Source: Patescibacteria group bacterium (GTDB lineage Bacteria > Patescibacteriota > Patescibacteriia > UBA9570). Taken from it: a DNA stretch of 64,000 nucleotides. The position numbers were made by a program, and so were the translations under genes. The stretch's first letter is position 1, and the number at the start of each line of letters is the position of its first letter. Shown piece by piece: positions 59,075 to 64,000 of the stretch. The notes under the pieces are model-generated. The model did not search any database. It was not told where the DNA came from and saw only the letters and a list, made by a program, of their open reading frames with translations. Location of the stretch: NCBI GenBank assembly GCA_024277435.1, contig JAJRVJ010000028.1:14114-78113 (forward strand). Direction: 5' to 3'.

Positions 59075-61321
59075 ATGAAACAAAAACTGTATAAAATATT
59101 AAGCGTTGTTTCGCTGAGCTTGGCTGTTATGGTGTTTGCTGGAGAGGTTTTTGCGCAGGCAACTTGGGCTGAGCCAGATTGCAATCCATCAGATGATCCA
59201 ACTATTTGTAATATTTCGGCTCCGATTAACGTTTCAGATTCTGATCAAACAAAAACTGGCGGACTTAGTATAAATGGCACTCTTGAGGCTACTTCATCAT
59301 TCCAATATACAGGTGCAACAGGTAGTTTTTCTGTAACACCTGATTCTATTACCGATTCAATGGTAGAGGATGATCTTACAGCCAATATATTTATTCGTGA
59401 TGGAGATTATTCCTCCCCTGGCTATCAGGCAGTTAATTTAGGTTCGTGGAACACTGTGTTTACTTCTAGTGATGAAGTAACTGGCATGCTTGACGCAGCT
59501 GCCATTGAGCCAACTTCTGAATATTGGGTAAATGAAACTGGCGATACTATGACTGGGCAACTATCCATCCAGCCTCCTGATACAGCATTAGATATTACTC
59601 ATTCCACAGCTAATACAAGCCATGCAATTGATATTTATGTTTCTTCATCCGTAGATGACGGTAATTCTCTTACTGGCGCTAAAGCGTTGTATATTGAATC
59701 AGATAGTCCGGATATAAATGCTATTCCTATTTACGTTGATGTGAATGGTTCTGCAAAAACTGGCATTTATGTCGAAACGAACGCTAGTAATAGTACGGGT
59801 ATTTATGTGAATCAAAGCGGTGTTAATGCTCCTGGCATTTATGTTGCGGCCGATGATAACGGTGTAGAAAGTTATAGTAGTTCTGCTGCTGGTGTACGTG
59901 GTGAAACAAATAGTGCATATCAAGCGGGTGTAATTGGTTATACAGGCGCTGCAAGCTCTTACGGTATATTAGGTGAATCAGCACAAGCTGAAGGGGTATA
60001 TGGAAATACCTATAATGGTAGTGGTGCGTATGGAACAGTTGGTTGTGCGAATAATGCAAATTGCGGACGTTGGGGAGGTAGTGAATATGCAGGACTCTTT
60101 GATAATGGCACGCTAACATTTGGTCGTGTTATTGGTAATGACTTCTTACCAACAGACGATGAGACGTATGGATTATATTCGTATGCAGCTGGAGCAAATC
60201 TGGGATCCATTAAATTAAGTGGCGTAGACTGGGGCGATGTTACATTATTTGCAAGTGACGGAAGTGAATTATGGGTACATCATAATCATTCTAGTAATCC
60301 AGCGCATTGGCGTATAGATGGTTCTACAATGCAGGAAAATATTAATCGACCATTTGGTTCAGCGGGATATACTGGCGCTACTCTGGCTCCTAAAGGATTA
60401 GTAGCTGTACACGACAGCGATGGTGAAGTTTGTGAATGGGAAAAGCGAGCTGATAGATTCCAATGTCCGTATGGTGCTGGTGATCCAGGATTTATTGATG
60501 GTACGCGCGCTGGAATCGTAAAATTATATTTTGATGGAAAATATTTTTGGGGAGGTAAAGATGTTAGTAAAGGTATGGTACGATTTGATGCAGATTATAG
60601 TAATAATGTAGCTACACCAGCAACCGCGGGGTGGGGGCCGAATTCAAAAATCCGTGATATTATTTTGGCCGATAATGATATCTATTATATTGAAGATAGA
60701 GATCCAGTTACAAATGAATCCCGCATTGTTAAGTTAGATAGAAATGGCAATTCTATTATTCGGGACTGGACATTTACATCATATGATTTGGATTCTTTAG
60801 TATTTGATGGAAAGTATTTATGGGCCTCAGCTAGTGATGGACCCGTAAGTGCCGGAGGTGTTTTTCAGGGGCTTATGCGCATCGATGTTGAAACCGAAGT
60901 TACGGATAAGTTTGATTTTAACTCATCTTATCCAACAGATTTTGATTCCCCAACTGATATGGTATTCGATGGAACATATATTTGGGTATTATTGAAGGGT
61001 TCTAGTAAAGCTGCCCGGGTTAGTCCATTTATTAAAGATGGTGCGAGTCTTGCCGTGGTGAATGATGAATTTATAGATTTTGCAATTCCTCCACATATGA
61101 TTACGTACGATGGGAATTCAATTTTTATTATTGGTGATAATGGTACCGCTGGTAGTACCAAGATATATAAATTAGCTGCTGGTAAGGGGTATGGCCAAGA
61201 TTGGAGTGGCGTATTGCCACGAGAGGGTATTTCTCTATGGGATTATAATACCGGTAATGGTGCGTGCATTAGGGTTGAATCGGGAACTTTGGCCGTCTAT
61301 ACAGGCGCATTATGCAATTAA
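59075..61321 (+). CDS. Secreted hypothetical protein (748 aa) with repeated FDGKY(F/L)W-type motifs
   Basis: Signal peptide MKQKLYKILSVVSLSLAVMVFAGEVFAQA. C-terminal repeats VFDGKYLW, YFDGKYFW, VFDGTYIWV suggest beta-propeller-like blades. Confidence 0.7.
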   Translation: MKQKLYKILSVVSLSLAVMVFAGEVFAQATWAEPDCNPSDDPTICNISAPINVSDSDQTKTGGLSINGTLEATSSFQYTGATGSFSVTPDSITDSMVEDDLTANIFIRDGDYSSPGYQAVNLGSWNTVFTSSDEVTGMLDAAAIEPTSEYWVNETGDTMTGQLSIQPPDTALDITHSTANTSHAIDIYVSSSVDDGNSLTGAKALYIESDSPDINAIPIYVDVNGSAKTGIYVETNASNSTGIYVNQSGVNAPGIYVAADDNGVESYSSSAAGVRGETNSAYQAGVIGYTGAASSYGILGESAQAEGVYGNTYNGSGAYGTVGCANNANCGRWGGSEYAGLFDNGTLTFGRVIGNDFLPTDDETYGLYSYAAGANLGSIKLSGVDWGDVTLFASDGSELWVHHNHSSNPAHWRIDGSTMQENINRPFGSAGYTGATLAPKGLVAVHDSDGEVCEWEKRADRFQCPYGAGDPGFIDGTRAGIVKLYFDGKYFWGGKDVSKGMVRFDADYSNNVATPATAGWGPNSKIRDIILADNDIYYIEDRDPVTNESRIVKLDRNGNSIIRDWTFTSYDLDSLVFDGKYLWASASDGPVSAGGVFQGLMRIDVETEVTDKFDFNSSYPTDFDSPTDMVFDGTYIWVLLKGSSKAARVSPFIKDGASLAVVNDEFIDFAIPPHMITYDGNSIFIIGDNGTAGSTKIYKLAAGKGYGQDWSGVLPREGISLWDYNTGNGACIRVESGTLAVYTGALCN

Positions 61322-63942
61322 GAGTAGTTATATTAATAGTATCGGTATTAGCGATATTCCCGCAGGTAGTAAGTGCTGCAGTGAATTGGTCGGAGTGTCG
61401 TACAGAAGTGTATACGGATACATTGCCAGTTGGAACAACTGCTCAAAATTTTGATTTCCAACAACCGCCAGTTGATAATAGTAAGGCATTTGTATTAGTA
61501 TCGGCTACTGGCGCCAGTATAGTGAGACCGGGTAGCGAGCACATGGTGAGCGGGCAAATCACTAGCGGAAATCGTTTACGGATTACTCGTGAATCATCAG
61601 CGGGTGATATAGAGTTTTCAGCGCAACTTATAGAATGCTTTAATAATGAAATTTTTGTTCAGCGCAATATAGTAACGTTAAATCCTGGTCAGGATACAGT
61701 AACTGATATATTAACTACGTCTATCGACGTAAGTAAGTCTATTGTACTGGTAAGTGCTCGAACAGATGATTCGGCGAACGCTGAGTACACGGCATTAGTG
61801 ACGGGTGAGTTACTTAGCGACACAGAAGTACAAATCCAGCGCGATAGCAGCGCTGTTAGTAGCACAACAAATATACGATATGTAGTTGTAACATTTTCCG
61901 ATGAATCTGGTGCTTCAGTGCAAACAAATTCAATTGAATTACCCAGTGGGGCAGCTGATATAAGTGAATCGCTAGCTACGGAAGTGGATACCGAGCGAAC
62001 TTGGTTGTATTGTAGTTATGATGCGGATGATCCTGCGGTGCGGGCCTCAGCCGTTGGATGTGAGTTAACCGATTCTACAACGGCAACATTTTATCGTTAT
62101 GCAAGTGGAGCATATACGAACACTATTCGTTATTATGCAATCGAATTTCCGCCAAATACAGTTACCATTACGCGTGGTTCATATAGCGATAACCCGTCTG
62201 GAACGGATGACACATTATATTATGAGAACGTAACTATTGATAATATTGGAGATCCACAACGAGCCTTTGTCTATCAAACAAATACAACTGATAATCAGCT
62301 TACAGGATTTCCTAAAAATCGTTGGTTAGCATATTTAACAAGTGCTACAAGTATCTATCAAGAATTTTGGCGGCCAGGTAGCAGCTCAAGTGATGCTTTT
62401 ACAAAATATTATCAAGTTATTCGATTTCCACATTATGAAGCTACTGGATTTGGCTGGATTGGAAATACACCAGATGATACTTCCTCTGGGGGTGTAGGGT
62501 TAATTAGTTTTAATTGTGATAATTTTACAGGAACATATTTAGGAACGTTGTGTAGTGATGGTAGTGGTAGTTCACGCTATGATTATGCAGTGCAGTTAGA
62601 AACGGGGGGTTGCGGAGCGGCTTGTGATGTTACCGGACAGGCATGGCTTGGATCTGCCTGCGCAGGATCTGGTTGTGTATCAGCAACTGGCGATTATTAT
62701 CCAATAGGCATTGTTGATTTCGATCCAGCCATCGATCCCGGTAGCTTACCCACAGTAGTTGGTGATGATCCTGCTACCGTAGGTGAAGATGAATCACTTG
62801 ATGCACACTGGAATGAAGAAACAGAAGAGCTTTACGGCTGGGCGCGTTTTCAGGTATTGCGTGATTATGAAGATAATGTTGTATTAGGGCCAAATGATGA
62901 TTGGGGATGGATAAAATTGCGAGGAGATGTTAATGATGGGGTATGCACTTTGTATTCAGGTGATTGTGATGAATATGGAGTGTTGTTTGATAGAGATACA
63001 AGTACATTTTCTGGTTGGTCATGGAATGATAACGGTACAGATGCTAGCAGTATAGAAGTTGAAGGAAGTGGCTTTGGTTGGATTAAATTTGACCTTTCAG
63101 AAACAACCACAGGAACACTTACGCCATGGTTACGTACAGTGCAGGGCGATGTATATGTTAATGATGATGTTGATATAACGCCTGCGCCGGGCTCACAATT
63201 TAATGGTACCTTTCTTATTGAATCCACTGGATTGGTTAAGGATTTTACTAGTGAGTATGCAACGCTTGATCCAGAATTTGCATTTCGACATTACGTAGAT
63301 GTCATTGGTTTTCCTGAGGATAATACCACCGATGTGTATCGTGGAGATATTGGAAGTGTGAATGTTGCTGAACTTATTCGGCAAGCCACAGAAGATGGAA
63401 ATGCATATACTGGTACGAACTGTGATGAAAGCATTTTTGGTGGGTCATCGGTATTGTTAGATAACCAAACCTATTATTGTGAAGGTGATCTTACTATCTC
63501 TAGCAATATCTCATTTGTAAACGGAATAAATTTAGAAATTGGTAGCGGTACCATTGTAGTAGGTGGTGACTTGATATTAGAAGATAATATTACGTACGCG
63601 GATAATAATTATAATTATTTTGATCATATTGCGAATATCGCATCAGTAGGTTGGGTGATTGAAGGTTCTGTAGAGGTGAATCCAACAGTAAATAACTTAG
63701 CTGGAGCCTTTATTGTATTGGGCGACGCTGGCGTAGATCCAGATTTTGTTACAGGTGTTGGATCAGAACAATTGAATATTTCAGGATTAGTAATGGCGCG
63801 TGGATTTGAGTTTGGTCGCACTCATGTGGGAACTAGTGGTAATGAAGAGCCAGCTGAAGATATTGTATATGATGGAAGGACGCTTGCGAATCCACCAAAA
63901 GGACTTGAAGATTTGTCCAAGATATTGCCTAGTATACAATAA
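61312..63942 (+). CDS. Secreted hypothetical protein (876 aa)
   Basis: Signal peptide MQLRVVILIVSVLAIFPQVVSA. The long ORF overlaps the upstream gene end by 10 nt. Confidence 0.7.
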   Translation: MQLRVVILIVSVLAIFPQVVSAAVNWSECRTEVYTDTLPVGTTAQNFDFQQPPVDNSKAFVLVSATGASIVRPGSEHMVSGQITSGNRLRITRESSAGDIEFSAQLIECFNNEIFVQRNIVTLNPGQDTVTDILTTSIDVSKSIVLVSARTDDSANAEYTALVTGELLSDTEVQIQRDSSAVSSTTNIRYVVVTFSDESGASVQTNSIELPSGAADISESLATEVDTERTWLYCSYDADDPAVRASAVGCELTDSTTATFYRYASGAYTNTIRYYAIEFPPNTVTITRGSYSDNPSGTDDTLYYENVTIDNIGDPQRAFVYQTNTTDNQLTGFPKNRWLAYLTSATSIYQEFWRPGSSSSDAFTKYYQVIRFPHYEATGFGWIGNTPDDTSSGGVGLISFNCDNFTGTYLGTLCSDGSGSSRYDYAVQLETGGCGAACDVTGQAWLGSACAGSGCVSATGDYYPIGIVDFDPAIDPGSLPTVVGDDPATVGEDESLDAHWNEETEELYGWARFQVLRDYEDNVVLGPNDDWGWIKLRGDVNDGVCTLYSGDCDEYGVLFDRDTSTFSGWSWNDNGTDASSIEVEGSGFGWIKFDLSETTTGTLTPWLRTVQGDVYVNDDVDITPAPGSQFNGTFLIESTGLVKDFTSEYATLDPEFAFRHYVDVIGFPEDNTTDVYRGDIGSVNVAELIRQATEDGNAYTGTNCDESIFGGSSVLLDNQTYYCEGDLTISSNISFVNGINLEIGSGTIVVGGDLILEDNITYADNNYNYFDHIANIASVGWVIEGSVEVNPTVNNLAGAFIVLGDAGVDPDFVTGVGSEQLNISGLVMARGFEFGRTHVGTSGNEEPAEDIVYDGRTLANPPKGLEDLSKILPSIQ

Positions 63943-64000
63943 TTTGTTTACTAGGAGATTTGATTTTACTTGGAAAACGTGCTATAATTCGTAACATACA

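Noticed and set aside
1-64000. Genome-wide reassignment of TAA or TGA
   Set aside because: Clearly homologous genes (rpsO, pnp, leuS end in TAA; gmk and the NYN gene end in TGA) terminate at the expected positions with these codons, so the standard code applies. The three in-frame TAAs are local events.
1-64000. CRISPR arrays or rRNA genes
   Set aside because: No regularly spaced direct repeats with unique spacers and no rRNA-like conserved segments were seen. The only notable repeats are the 153-nt element (2 copies) and the palindromic terminators.

Overview
This is a 64-kb stretch of a low-GC (about 40%) bacterial chromosome that uses the standard genetic code: TAA and TGA both end clearly homologous genes. 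The window mixes conserved housekeeping genes with a large accessory block.

Housekeeping genes, in order:
- NYN-domain protein
- rpsO–pnp operon (with an extra gene between them)
- gmk
- DksA/TraR-like protein
- lspA
- RNHCP protein
- comM/yifB
- rsmI
- CheY-like response regulator
- LysM–M23 peptidase
- leuS
- tsaC
- rsmA/ksgA
- recG
- type IV pilin
- comF
- Clp ATPase
- htpX
- lemA

There are three tRNA genes: tRNA-Arg on the minus strand, and two tandem tRNA-Ser followed by a tyrosine recombinase.

The accessory block runs from about 18.9 to 45.1 kb:
- A roughly 4075-codon cysteine-rich acidic exoprotein (signal peptide, vWA MIDAS motif) written as two ORFs in the same frame, separated by one TAA.
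- A type IV secretion-like cluster in Gram-positive order: VirB6/TrbL-like, unknown 610-aa protein, PrgI/VirB3-like, VirB4 (also split by an in-frame TAA), and a small membrane-anchored protein (possibly VirB8-like).
- Two paralogous proteins that fuse a VirB2/TrbC-like pilin module to divergent cysteine-rich domains.
- A TolB-like beta-propeller and a DsbA-like protein whose CxxC site is degenerate.
- No relaxase or coupling protein is visible. I regard this cluster as the most likely candidate for an undescribed system.

Other anomalies:
- A 153-nt structured repeat in two copies. One copy sits in frame inside a large secreted-protein gene.
- Three same-frame TAA interruptions, in tsaC, the giant exoprotein and VirB4.
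- A +1 frameshift in a G7 tract inside the integrase.
- A 650-bp, roughly 60% GC insert carrying two small Shine-Dalgarno-led membrane ORFs.
- Two related GC-rich perfect palindromes used as terminators.
- A 420-nt noncoding unit bounded by a promoter and a terminator, which may be an ncRNA.

The organism is consistent with a Patescibacteria/CPR-like or other small-genome low-GC lineage, but the sequence alone does not establish this.
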